Source of the DNA: an uncultured Planctomycetota bacterium
GTDB taxonomy: Bacteria; Planctomycetota; Planctomycetia; Isosphaerales; Isosphaeraceae
Direction: 5' to 3'
Assembly: GCA_963845755.1 (NCBI GenBank)
Contig: CAWJTV010000011.1
Coordinates: 960,001-1,024,000, forward strand
DNA length: 64,000 nt
Position 1 is the first letter of the stretch, and each line of letters begins with the position of its first letter. Below, one piece after another: positions 9,289 through 21,385 of this stretch. A program made the translations under genes and the position numbers. The notes under the pieces were generated by a model that was not told the DNA's origin, ran no database searches, and was given only the letters and a program-made list of their open reading frames with translations.

Positions 9289-10294
9289 ATGGCCCAGTTC
9301 ACGCGGGCGATGGAATTCTTGAACCGGTTCGCGCCGAATTACCCGTCGCGAACCACGGTCCTGGCGGACTACGAATACACTTACCGTCAGCTCGGCCAGG
9401 CGTGTCTGATGTCCGGCTGGACGGCGGGGGCCGAGTACAGCCGGAAGGCCCTGGAATCGGCCTGGGCCTTCGTCGCGGCCGAGCCGGAGAACCTCTGGCT
9501 CCGCAAGAAACTGGCCATCGACTACGACCAGCTCGGCGCCGCGCGATTGCTCCTCGGCGACCTCGACGGCGCGGAGGCGGTTGCTGTATCAGAAATGCCT
9601 GGCCACCAGCGAGACGTTCGCCGACGCCGATCCCGGCTCGGTGCAGAAGCAGGGGGATGTCCTGGAGACCCTGGAAGCCCTCACCGATAATGCCGAGCGT
9701 GCCGAGCAGTTCCCGGAATCGCTCGAGTGGATCAAGCGGACGTTGCACTGGCTCGACCGGCTCGACCGCGAAAAACGCCTAGGGCGCGACGTTCTGGAGC
9801 CGTCGCGGTTGATCGCCATGGGACGGCAGGCGCTCTACCAGCCCGCCATGGGTGGCCTCGGGCTGGATTCCACGACGGCCCCGGCCCCGGATCTACCGCC
9901 CCTCCTGCAAGACTGGTGGAAGCTCCTGCGGGGCCTGGGACTGGCCCGGCGCGGCCGGCACGCCCAGGCCGCCGCCGAGGTCCGTGACGTGCTGAGCCGC
10001 GACGCCCAGAACCCGATCAAGGCGATCCGGGTCGGCCGGGTTTTCGCCCGCTGCGCCGAGGCCGTCGCGCTGGGTAAGGCGGACACGGCACTGACTGCCG
10101 AGGAACGCACGCTTCGACAAGATTACATCGACTCGGCTCTCGATGCGGTCTGGCGGACGATCCGGCTCTCGCCGGATACCACCGCCGACACATTCGCCGA
10201 GCCCGATTACGACCTCCTGTGGCGCCGCGGCGACCTGGCGACCGTCGCCCGCGAGCTGAGCCAGGAGGCGAGCCGGAAGGCCCCGGCGCCGTGA
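9289..10294 (+). pseudogene. C-terminal TPR-like fragment, probably of a Ser/Thr kinase-type protein; 5'-truncated at the IS66 remnant and frameshifted
   Basis: TPR-like helices in two frames (9289-9690, 9581-10294); GLGLARRGRHAQA...YIDSALDAV...EPDYDLL tail resembles the kinase tails at 36588 and 56539. Confidence 0.55.
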
Positions 10295-10356
10295 GTCGTT
10301 CACCCCAACGGTCTCACGAGCCGTGGGCGCGGGATCGGTTCGGCGCGGGTCACGGC

Positions 10357-13300
10357 TCATTTTGCCCGCATGATCTCGCGAGCCCGGACATCGCCCAGAT
10401 CGCGGGTCTCGCCGGGCTCGAGCACGACGCGATCGATCACGACGCCGAATCCCCCCTTGGCGGCTTCCGGCCCGACGGCTTGAGCGGAATACTCCTGACC
10501 GGTGACCAGGCCCTCGTACCGGAACCGGCCGTCGGCGTCGGTCTTCTGGCCGAAGAGGATGACACCCCGGGCCGGGTCGATCATGGCGTCTTGCCAGTCG
10601 CCGGTCATCAGATCGACGCGCGGCCTGGGCTTGCCCTCGGCGTCGACCAGGCGGCCGACGATCGTGCCCCAGGGCTGGAGCTTGACCGTGTACGGCTCGG
10701 CTTCATCGCCCCGAGCGATGAGCAATCCCACCAGCTTCTTCCCGTCGTGACGGAAGAGGAAGCGCTTGGGCCGCATCGGGTTGAGCCTTGAAATCGCCAT
10801 GACGCCGGGCGTCTTCGTCGCCTCGATGCCTTCGTTCCCGGTCGGAAACGCGTGAGTGTGGCCAGTGACGCCGTCCACGGGCATACCGTCGGGTCCGAGG
10901 ACATGGACCTCGCGCTTCCGGTCGGGCACCAGTACCGCCTCGGCGGTCATCAGGCCCGAGTCGTCGGGGGGATTGACCAGCACGATGGCGCTGATTCGGG
11001 TCCTGCGGGGAGTGGACGCGCCCATCACCGACGGCGAGGATGAGGGTGTCCTTGTCGCCGTAGGTCTGGACGGAGCCCTTGACCGGCGCCTTCGCCTTCC
11101 CCGCGTTGAAGAACTCCTCGGGATCGACGCAGGCCGGCCGGTAGTGGCCCTCGGCCGTGCGGACGAGGACTGCTCCCGGGCCCGGCAAGACGCCCAGGAG
11201 GTAGGACCCGTCGCCCTGAGCGATCCCCGAGTTGTAGGGCCCGAAACTTTGCACCGGGTCATAGCCGGGGACTTCCCGGACATGGGGATTTGTGTAGATG
11301 GGCTGATAGCGAACGTCGCGCGCCTCTGACGGGCTTGCCCGTCTCCTGGTCGATCAGCTTGAGTCGCATCGGGATGCCCGGGACGCAGTCCACGTCAAAC
11401 GGGATAGGTGACAGGCCGGCAGTATCGGGCACGTTGGCGCACGTCACGAAGTACGGGGCTTTCTTTCCCGCCAGGACCATCAACCCGTAGCTCTTGCCCT
11501 TGGGAAAGCCCGACAGGGTGTACTGCCCATTGGCGTCGGTGGTTACGCGGGTGTTCGTCTCCTTGCCGCCGACGGCCACGCCGGCCAGAGGCTGTCCGGT
11601 CCGCTTGTCGCGGACGACGCCGGTGAGTGCACGGCCGGGCGGGATCAGGTGATCGAAGCTCGCGCCGTAGATCGTCCTGGCCGCGAACGTGCCCGGAGGA
11701 GTCGAGACCGTCGCGGCGTTGCGGGTCATCGCGGTGATGGTGGCGTTCTGGATCGTCGGCCCCTCGACGGCGATCTCGACGATCCGGTCGCGGCCGATGC
11801 CGGTCATCCGGAATCGACCTTCGGCATCGGTCGTGACATTTGCCGGATGGCCGGGAATTCGCGACCAGTAATTCTTGGCGAATCGGTGGTTGGAAGCCCG
11901 CCTCGGGTCATCGCCGAGGAGCTGGAGATAAGGGTCGATGCCGTCGGCGCCCTCGGCCTCGATCCGGCCGCGCGTGACCTTCGCACCGGCGACGGGGCGA
12001 CCCTGAAGATCGAGGATCCGTCCCGTGATCGGCACGGAGTCATCGACCAAACGGAGGGTCAGGCTCTCGTCGGGCACCTTGCGCAGCTCGACCCAATCGG
12101 GGCCGAGTCCCTCGGCCGTTGCCAGCACGGTGACGGTCGCCCAGGGTCCGCGGCCGATGGCGTCGTCGAACTCCGCTTTCGACAGGGTGACACGAAAGCT
12201 TCCCTTGTCATTCGTCTTGGCCTTGAGGATCGGCTCGGCTCGCTCCCGGATTGAGCCGGGGTCGAACAGGAACACGGATGCTCCTGCCGCCGGCTTGCCC
12301 GCCGGGCCGAGCACCGTGCCCTTGATCCGGTAGGCCGGGATGAGCGTCACGTCCTGCTTCATCACTTCGGCCCCCTTGGGTGGGTCGATCCGGGCGAGGG
12401 CGGCGAAGTTGCCCGTGATGATGCCGTAGGGCGCAACGTTGAGATCGTGCTCCTTCACCCCGTACTCGTCGTCACGTTCGGGGGTCACCAGGTAATGGTA
12501 ATCGCGGTCGTGGTACACGCCGATCAGTCCGGGACCGGGCAAGCCGACGACCCGGTACGATCCGTCTTCCTGGGCGTGGATGATATGGGATGGGATAAAA
12601 CCGCTGAAGCCGGGATAATCCGGCAAGTTCGGGTTGCCATGCAGGGAGAAATACTCCACGCCGACCGACACCGGCTTCCCGGTCACCTTGTCGGTGATCT
12701 TCCCCTCGATCCAGATCCCGCGCCTCAGCTCGAGGGCGGCCGTCACCGGGTCCAGGCCGGGAGTATCGGGCACCTCCTGCGTGATGCAGGGATACGGCTG
12801 ATCGTCGGCCGGCAGGGCCATGATCCTGTTCCCCTTGCCCCGGGGCATGCCCGTGAGCCGGAAGCGTCCGTCGGCGTCGGTGGCGGTCTGGATGAGGTCG
12901 TCGATGTAATTCGGGCGAGTGGCCCGCGTGGAGCTGCGGATCGTGATCCCGGCCAGCGGCTCCTGGGTATCCCGATCGCGGACGACGCCGACGATCGGCT
13001 TGCACGGTGCGGCGGCGTGCTGGAAGTTGGACCCGTAATACGTCGTCATGATCCGCGGCTCGCCGCGATGGGGAGGGTTCCGACTTTCCGGCACTTCGAG
13101 CGTCTTCCCTGGTCGCGTCAGGATATGCAGATGCTGGCTGACGATGGTCGGTCCGTCGAGCTGGGCCGCGACGAGTCGATTGGGGCCGATGCCGTCGAGC
13201 CGGAAGCGGCCCTCGGCGTTCGTCGTGACCGTCGCGGATGGTGCGATGGTATACTGCGGGAGATGCTGGTGCTCGAGCTGGAATCGGTCCCCTTTTTGGC

Positions 13301-14672
13301 CCTCGACGGCCGCGAGCCACGGGCCGAGGTCTTCCCCCGGCGCCGCGTTGATCTGCATCACGCGAAGGGTCGCGCCCGGGACCGGTCGTCCTTCGAGGTC
13401 GATGATCTGGCCGACGATCGGCACGTCGTCCTTTACCAGGGTAATCGTCAGGTCGTCCGACTTCCCGTTCGGCGGGATCTTCACCCAGCCGACGCCGTAA
13501 TTCGGCGCCGCGGCGGCGACGGTGGTCCCCTGGTTGCGGTATTTCGTCGCGGGGACCGTGAAGGCGAACTGGCCGCCCGGCCCGGTCCTCCCGGCCTCGG
13601 ACGACGGCTGCGGCTGATGGGGATAGCCCCATGAAATCGTCAGGTACAGCCTCGCACCGGCGACGGGCTGCCCGCTCGGTCCGAGCACGCGGCCGCGGTA
13701 GGTGAGCGTCTCCGCTTCGGCGGTGGCCTTGGCAGGCTCTGGGACGGGCTCGTGGGCGACGATCCGGGGTAGGGCCGGGATCGGCGCGTTGGAGACGGCC
13801 GGTGCCATGGCCGCCAGGCCGGTGGCGAGGCAGGTCAGCGCGCCCAGGATCAAGGCGGCGGTCGCGGCGATCTTCAGCCGGGCGATCATCATCGACCTCA
13901 TGGCCTGCTTCATCAGGGCCACCGTCGTCGTCGAGACCATGCCGGCCTCAGCCGATTCGCCCAGCGCGATGTGACTGGCGGCCCGGGTCGTCGCCCGGAG
14001 TAGCGGCATCGCGACCGCGGAAACTGTGCGGGCGGCGGATCCGGCGCCGAGCGTGGCGGCGGTGAAGGCCACACCGCGTCGCGTCAACCGATCCCGGAGC
14101 AATTGCTTGCCCCGGGCCAGGCGTCCCCGCGTGGTGCCTTCACTCCATTGCAAGGAGTTGGCGGCCTGCTGGTAGGTCATGTCCTCGAGGTAGCAGAGGA
14201 CGATCGGTCGGCGATAGCGCTCGGGGAGCCGGTCGATCTCCTGGTGGAGCACGGCGCCGGCGTCGTCCCAGGGCGGACCGGAAGTCTCCCGCGCGCCGCC
14301 AGCTCGGCCGCCTTCTGCTCCAGTCGGCGGCGCCGGGCGGCGTCGGTCTTGACCTGAAACGCGATGCGCCAGGCCACGCGATGGAGCCAGCCGCCGATCG
14401 AGCCGTCGATCCAGATCGACCTGGCCTTTCGGGCCAGCAAGAGGAAGCTCGCCTGGAAGGCGTCGTCGGAGTCGTTGGGATCGTCGAGGACGCCGCGGCA
14501 GACGGCCATGACCATAGCTCCATGGCGCTCGACCAGGGCCTGAAAAGCCAGTTCGTCGCGGTGCGACACGTAATGTTCCAGCAACTGACCGTCGGTGAGT
14601 CCCGCCAGGGTCCCCTCGTCGAAGAGGCGGTGGATCTGCCGAAGGGCGGTGCCGCGTCGTGCGCGTAGCCAT
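10357..14672 (-). CDS. ECF sigma-70 factor with TM helix and long extracytoplasmic carboxypeptidase-regulatory-like repeats (several frameshifts)
   Basis: GLTDGQLL...AFQALVERHG...DAFQASFL (sigma2); LHQEIDRLPERYRRPIVLCYLE...RGRLARG (sigma4); repeated GRVLGP.GQPVAGA / TDADGRFRL. Confidence 0.85.
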
Positions 14673-15263
14673 GGGTGGTCTCCCTCAGGATTCGCGGGTT
14701 CCTACCCATACTAAGGGCTGCCGGCCCAGGGTACGCACGGAGTTTCCTCGAATTTCGGCAGTCGGGCACGTCCGCGTCCGCACGGAGTGGAATCAGAAGC
14801 GGATTTCCGGGCGTCGGGTTGATGACCCAACCGGCCGTCGCCATCCGACCTCGCCGCGAGCTTCATCTCGTCCGCCCGGACTTCCCCGCTCGGTCCGGCG
14901 CCAGGATCACGTCGAGGAGTAAACGCACGTCGCGGTGCGCCGAGACCGGATGGCGGAACGGGCAATCGGCGTGGAGCTCGTAGCGGTTCGCCGGCCCTCG
15001 CGGACTCGCGAGAGATATCCGCCTTGCTCCAGGAGGGCTGCTCACTCTACGCGCCGAGGTCTGCTACAGGCGCTGGTCGTTGCACTCACCATTGTGATGC
15101 GCCGTGGGCGTTTCTCGATCGAGTTTCCGCTCAAGCGAGTTGCGGGACGCTCCCGGATGGCCGTTCCTGCCGGGTGAGCCGGGGCGCGACAACCGGTCGC
15201 CCGGTGTCCTCGCCTTCGAACGATTCTCCAACGGAAACTTCGACCCGGAGCCTATTCCGGGTC

Positions 15264-15503
15264 ATGCGGGAGTTCCCACAGAGGAATCCGATCGTCTTCG
15301 CGATGAGGCGCCCCGTCACGACCCTGATTCTGGTCGTGGCCCTGATCAGCGGCGGCTTCCTCGCCTTCAACAAGGTCAGCGACGGTCAGTGGATCGAGGT
15401 CACCAACCTCCAGCACCCGGCCGATCCCCGCAACGACGATCAGTGGGTGCCGATCAATGGCCTGGAGCAGGTGATCCTCGGCGACCTGTTCGACCCTCGG
15501 TGA
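15264..15503 (+). pseudogene. deletion remnant of an RND efflux gene (N-terminal anchor fused to an adaptor-like C-terminus)
   Basis: NPIVFAMRRPVTTLILVVALISGG joined directly to SDGQWIEVTN...INGLEQVILGDL. Confidence 0.5.
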
Positions 15504-15798
15504 GGGCTCGCACGTCGAGCTCGATTCCACCCGAGTCGCAGGCGAGCCACCGCTCCCGGTTCGTGATCTCGCCAAACCCCGCGCCGCGCGCTGGCGCGGC
15601 TTCTCTGAATTGACCGGTCCGCACTCCAGTCGGTGGCTGGACTTTCCGTCGCGGTTGCGGTCGGCCACCGCCTGGAGCCTTGAGTGGGGACAACCCGTTG
15701 TATCCTTGTCCCATCGATCGCTCCCTCGTATCATCGGGGCCAAAGCCAGTGGGACCATTCGTGATGAACCGAGGACCGAAGACGAAGGATCCGCGCCC

Positions 15799-16239
15799 AT
15801 GCTTCCCGAACTCACCGAGACGATCCTCCACACCAAGGCCGCCAAGGGACTGACGTTCGTTGACCTGGCGAAGTTCGTCGGGTGCAATCCGATCTTCCTG
15901 GCCTCGGTCTGCTACCGCCAGGCCAGCGCCACCCGCGAGCAGGCCGAGAAGCTCATCGAGGCCCTCGGCCTTGATCCGGCCTGTCTGGCCGAGTTGACTG
16001 CGTTTCCCGTCAAGGGGGGATTGATGCCGACGATCCCCGTGGACCCGCTCCTCTATCGTTTCCACGAGATCCTGCAGGTCTACGGGCTGCCATTGAAGGA
16101 CGTCATCCAGGAGACCTTCGGCGACGGCATCATCAGCGCCATCGACTTCACCATGGACGTCGAAAAGGAAGCGGACCCCAAGGGCGACCGGGTCAAGATC
16201 ACGATGTCCGGCAAATTCCTGCCATACAGGAAATGGTGA
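15799..16239 (+). CDS. cynS: cyanate hydratase (cyanase)
   Basis: PVDPLLYRFHE, FGDGIISAIDF, DRVKITMSGKFLPY signature; 146 aa. Confidence 0.95.
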   Translation: MLPELTETILHTKAAKGLTFVDLAKFVGCNPIFLASVCYRQASATREQAEKLIEALGLDPACLAELTAFPVKGGLMPTIPVDPLLYRFHEILQVYGLPLKDVIQETFGDGIISAIDFTMDVEKEADPKGDRVKITMSGKFLPYRKW

Positions 16240-16374
16240 ACCGACCGCCGTTCCCCGGCATTCGACCCACACATCGAGATGCGATTTTTCCCCAATTCCT
16301 GAACGCGCCGATCCCCTCACGGCCAGTACCATAGATAGGGAACCTTTGAGAGAAGGCCGGCGAGGGTCCATGCG

Positions 16375-19300
16375 ATGGCGAGGGGATCGACCAAAAGCGC
16401 TCTCCGACAGATCCGGACGCTCTTCGAGCTGGGCACGCTCGGCGGGTTGACCGATGGCCAGTTGCTGGAGTTGTTCCTGACGCGGTCAGGGGACGACGCC
16501 GAGGATGCGTTCGCGGCGCTGGTCCATCGGCACGGTCCGATGGTCCTGGGCGTCTGCCGCAGGATGCTGCCCGGCTCGCACGACGCGGAGGACGCATTCC
16601 AGGCGACCTTCCTGATCCTCGCACGGCGGGCCGCCGCGATCGGCCGGCGGGAGCGGTTGGCGAACTGGCTCTATGGCGTCGCAGTCCGGACGGCGAAGGA
16701 GTCGCGGCGTCGGGCGGCGCGGCAGCAGGCGCGGGAAAGGCGGGCGATGGACAGGAACAAGGTCGAGTCGGAGCGGGCCGGAGATTGGGACGACGTGATC
16801 CCGATCCTCGACGAGGAATTGAGCCGTCTGCCGGATCGATACCGAGCCGCGCTGGTGGCCTGTGAGCTGGAGGGCAAGTCGCGTCACGACGCCGCCCAGC
16901 AACTCGGACTTCCCGAGGGGACGCTCTCGACTCACCTGGCGCGCGGCCGGAAGCTGCTGCGCGATCGACTCGTCCAGCGCGGGGTGAGCCTCGGGGTCGG
17001 GGCCTGGGCGGGACTGCCGCGCGGCGCCGCCGAGGCCGCGGTCCCGGACCGGCTGCTCACCTCCACAGTTCATACGGCGCTCGGTCACGCGTCCGGCGGA
17101 GTGGCATCGGGAATGGTTTCGGTAACAGTCACGGCCTTGGCCGAAGGAGTGCTCAAAATGATGATCCTGACCCGGTTGGCTCTGCTGGTTGCGGCTGTCC
17201 TGGGATTCGGCGCGGCGGGCCTGGGCGCGTATGTCGCCTGGGCGGCAGTGCCGTCGCCAAGGGACGAGCCGTCCGGGGCCCCGGTCGCCGTCAAGGCGGA
17301 GGATTCCACGGCCGGCACTCGCCGGGCCCGGGTCCATGGCATCGTCGTCGACGGGGCCGGAGAAGCCGGTTCCCGGGATCACGGTGCGGGTCGCGAACTA
17401 CGACGACCATCAGTCGCGCGGCGTCACGGACCCGTCCGGTCGGTTCGATTTCGCCATCCGGAGCCCTCTGCTCAGAGACACGATGCTTCTCGCCGGCACG
17501 GCCGACCAGTCGCGGCAGGGGTTCTACGCGTACGACTTCTCCGTTGAGGAGACCGAGACGAAACAGCCCGTCACCATCGTGCTCAAACCGAGCCGGGACG
17601 TGGTTGTCCGCGTGACCGACCCGGCGAAATCGCCCGTACCCGGCGCCGCGGTCGAAGCCGTGGCGTCTTTTCGGACCATCGCGACGGCAACGGCGAATAA
17701 CCAGGGGACGACCTTGTTGCGCATCCCCGCCGAGGCGCCCGTCCAGTGGATCATGGCCCTGAAATCGGGTCAGGGGATTCGACTACTTCGAGCATGGCAG
17801 CAAGCTGCAAACAGGTGCCCCGAACGAGGACCTTCCGGCGATGGTCACCCTCGTCCTCGACCGCGCGCGGACCGCCCGCATCCAGGCGGTGGATAGCGCG
17901 GGCAAGCCGCTCGCGGGGATTGGCTTCGTACCGTGGTATTTCCAGAAGCCCGGCAAGCGCGGGGATGCCAACATCGCGGGGGGCGAGATCGTGCAGGTCG
18001 TGACCGACGAGCGCGGGATCGCGACCTTCGACTGGCTGCCGGCGACGACTTCACCCGTCGTCTTCTTCCCACGCACGGAGGGTTACCATGCCCCGTTGCG
18101 GACGATGCTGGAGAAAGGAGCGGCGGACACCACCCTCACCGCGCGATTGCTGCGGATGGAGACGATCCGGGGCCGGGTGATCGGGGCTGACGGGAAGCCC
18201 GCCGCGGGGATCCTGGTCGTGGCGCAGGGGTGCGGACCGGGCTCCGACAACGGCAGCAGCCGGGCTCGAACCGCGGCCGATGGGTCCTACGAGATGACCG
18301 TCAACTCGGACGAGTCGTATGTCGTGACCGTCTCCGACGACGACTGGGCGGCGCCGGGCCACATCGGGGTCATCGTGCCGCGAGGGCCGGCCTGTCGCGG
18401 GGCTCGACTTCCGCCTCGAACGCGGAACCCTGATCCACGGGACCGTGACCATCGGCTCGAAGGGGAGGCCGGCGGAACGACGGAGTCTCTGGCTCCATCA
18501 GAGCGGGGGCGAGCTTCCCAAGGAGTTGCGGGGGAACGACCGGATCTATCATGAAGTGCGGATGGACCGCTATGCGACGACCGACGCGAACGGACGATAC
18601 CGGATCCGGGTCGGGCCCGGGACCTATGGCTTGGGCATCTCGGGTCAGATCGCGCAAGAGACCGTCACAATCAAGAATGAGCCGGAGCTGATCCACGATT
18701 TCCGCATGCCGAGGCTGGAGCGCGGGCCGATTTCCGGGCGGGTCGTCGTCGCCGGGGAGCCCAACCGGGGCATGGCCGGAGCGAAGATCGACGGTGTGAT
18801 CGCCGAGCCACTCGGGGGTCTCGACCTGATCATGGTCGCCGATGCCGAGGGCCGGTTCCGCGCCGAGCGCGAGCTCAAGAAGATGGTCGTCCATGCCAGG
18901 AGTCCCGATGGGTCACTCGGCGGCATCGTCGAGATCAGCGGTGATGATACCGAGATCGAGATCCCGGTCGGACCGACGGCGATCGCGTCGGGGATCATCC
19001 TCGACAAGCACGGCGACCCGATGGCCAACGCATTGCTCAGTTGGGGTCGCCGCGTTCATGCGGGTGACGAGAATGCACCGTTCCGGGACAGCTTCGGCCC
19101 GAAGGTGGTGACGGATGAGGAGGGTCAGTTTGTGCTCCCGGAGCTGGTCGTGGGCCAGGAGTATCGAATCAGCGTTCCTACGGGGAACGATACCTGGAGC
19201 CAGGTCGGCACGGTCTTACCCAGCGAAGCCGTGCACATCGACCTCGGGACACTCCAGGTCGATGCGAACGGCGGGAAACGGGATGCCTCGTCGTTCCGCG

Positions 19301-19768
19301 ACGGCGGGCCGGATGCGGGCGACCTGGCCCCTGGTTTCGATGCGGGTGGACGTTCTCACGGTGCGCGGACCCTCGATGGCCGTCCGCTCAAATTGGCGGA
19401 CTTCCGCGGCAAGTTCGTCCTGCTGGATTTCTGGGCGAGCTGGTGCGGGCCATGTATTTCCGAGATCCCTCAACTCCAGGCGGTCCATGAAGCCTTCGGC
19501 CGGGATTCGCGGTTTGTCATGCTCAGCCTGAGCGTCGACGAGAGGATCGAACGCGCCTCGGCAATTTCAGGAGAAGCGAAAGCTCCCCTGGATGCAGGGT
19601 TTCCTCGGTATGGGCATTCAGGGCGCGATCCCGGACCGCTATGGTGTCCAGGCGATCCCGGCCTTGGTCCTGATCGGCCCCGACGGCAAGATCGTGGCCA
19701 AGGGGATGCGGGCGGAGATCCGGAAAGAGGTCGCCCGCGCCCTATCGGGAAGTCGGAAGGCTGAATAA
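16375..19768 (+). CDS. ECF sigma-70 factor with TM, carboxypeptidase-regulatory-like repeats and a C-terminal TlpA/redoxin domain (frameshifted)
   Basis: GLTDGQLLE...AFAALVHRHGPMVLGVC...DAEDAFQATFL; LDEELSRLPDRYR; LADFRGKFVLLDFWASWCGPC...YGVQAIPALVLIGPDGKIV. Confidence 0.85.
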
Positions 19769-20211
19769 AACCGGTCCGGACTCCTAGCCTGGATTCCCAT
19801 GGAGGCAGATTGGGCTAACATTTGTTGCCGCATGATTGGAAAAAAGCCCGCGATACTCAGCTTTTCGCCTCGGAACTGGTTATGCTCCTCCAAGAGTTAA
19901 AGGTGGGTCTCCCACTAAGTTAACTTGATCACCATGGATGATATGTTCGTCGATCGAATCTCACTTCCTCCTGGAAAACAAGGGGTTCTTGCGACAAATC
20001 TATCGAATTCACCACAGTGGATGCATTGAGTTGACACCGTGGATGCTCTTTTTTCAGTTTACGGATCACCTAACATCGAGAGAGGCGTTTCGATGAGCCG
20101 TTTCAAGCCAGAACCACTTGAAATCCAGGGGAAAACCCACTTCGACGAATTTTGCTTCGTTTATGGATTGCGTCGTAGCCTACCCCGTTTTTGCCTCCAT
20201 GGGAATCCAGG

Positions 20212-21033
20212 CTAGACCAGCGTGATGAGCACGACCTCGGGGCGGCAGAGGAAGCGGATGGGCGGTGTCACGGTGCCGACGCCCCGAGTGATGAAGACCT
20301 GGGCACACGGGCCTTGAACGAGTCCGTGGAGGTATTTCTGCCCGTACCGCGAGGGGACGACCGGGGCACCGAAGCCGGGCACGATCACCTGGCCACCGTG
20401 GGTATGGCCACTCAGGACCAGCCCAACACGAGGGTCTCGGAGGGTCTCGACAAAGTCCGGGTTGTGCGACAGGAGGAGGACGGCGTCGTCCAGGGTCGCG
20501 TCGCCCATCGCGGCGGGGAGGTCTTGCGAATCCGTCCAGAGATCGCCGACGCCGCAGACCCGCAGCCGGGTCCCGCGGCGCTCGAGCCAGACGCCCCGGT
20601 TATTCAGGTCGGGCAGGTTCGCCTCAGCCAGCGCGGACCGGCTGATGGACGTGAATTCCCGGTTGTCGTGGTTGCCCCGCACTGCGAACCGTCCCAGGGG
20701 AGCTGTCAGCTTGCCCAGCTCGGCAATTCCCGGCTCGATGAAGTCGGCGGAACGGTGCATATAGTCCCCGGCCAGCAGGACCATGTCGGGCCGCAGCGAA
20801 TTGGTCAGCGCGACGACATGCCGGACGTATTCCAGCGGGACGAACGGCCCGTGGTGCACGTCGGCCAGCAGAGCGACGGTCGTCCCCCGGAAGGGTCCAG
20901 GGAGGTTCGGCAGCGCGATCGTTTGCCGCACCACCCCGCACCACCTGGCCTCCAGGAAGGGATAGATCCCGCCAGCCACCGCGCCGCCCGCCGCCACCAG
21001 GCCCACCCGCTTCAGGAACTTGCGTCGATCCAT
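20212..21033 (-). CDS. Tat-exported metallophosphoesterase (YkuE-like)
   Basis: MDRRKFLK; DVHHG, GDY, GNHD, LLSHNPD, SGHTHGGQ. Confidence 0.9.
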   Translation of the reverse strand: MDRRKFLKRVGLVAAGGAVAGGIYPFLEARWCGVVRQTIALPNLPGPFRGTTVALLADVHHGPFVPLEYVRHVVALTNSLRPDMVLLAGDYMHRSADFIEPGIAELGKLTAPLGRFAVRGNHDNREFTSISRSALAEANLPDLNNRGVWLERRGTRLRVCGVGDLWTDSQDLPAAMGDATLDDAVLLLSHNPDFVETLRDPRVGLVLSGHTHGGQVIVPGFGAPVVPSRYGQKYLHGLVQGPCAQVFITRGVGTVTPPIRFLCRPEVVLITLV

Positions 21034-21385
21034 CGATTCCTCCCCGATTCCGGTCGCCCGAAAACACCACGCGCATCGTGTTGGCGTTAGCATGCTGGAA
21101 TTCCATCGAAAAGGCCACCGCAAACGCGACAGGTTCGTGACGCTTCGCGGATCCTCGGGACGATGCATCGCTCTGGAGATGATTGACGCCCCGATGATCT
21201 TACTCTACGATACGCGCTTCCACGATCGAGGTGAAGTAAGTTCGCTTCGGGAAACAGGGTTACGCTCGGTGGTCTGGCGAATCAACCCAGGCGGGTGGCA
21301 CGCATCGTGGTGGTTCGATCATCTCTCTTGCAGCGATTGAAGGGGTAGCTCCCCGAGTCGGACGACCGCACCTGGAGCACTCACG

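Noticed and set aside
19900..20190. AT-rich patch with a partial IS-like end (CACTAAGTTAAC) and a short ORF
   Set aside because: Too short and degenerate to assign.
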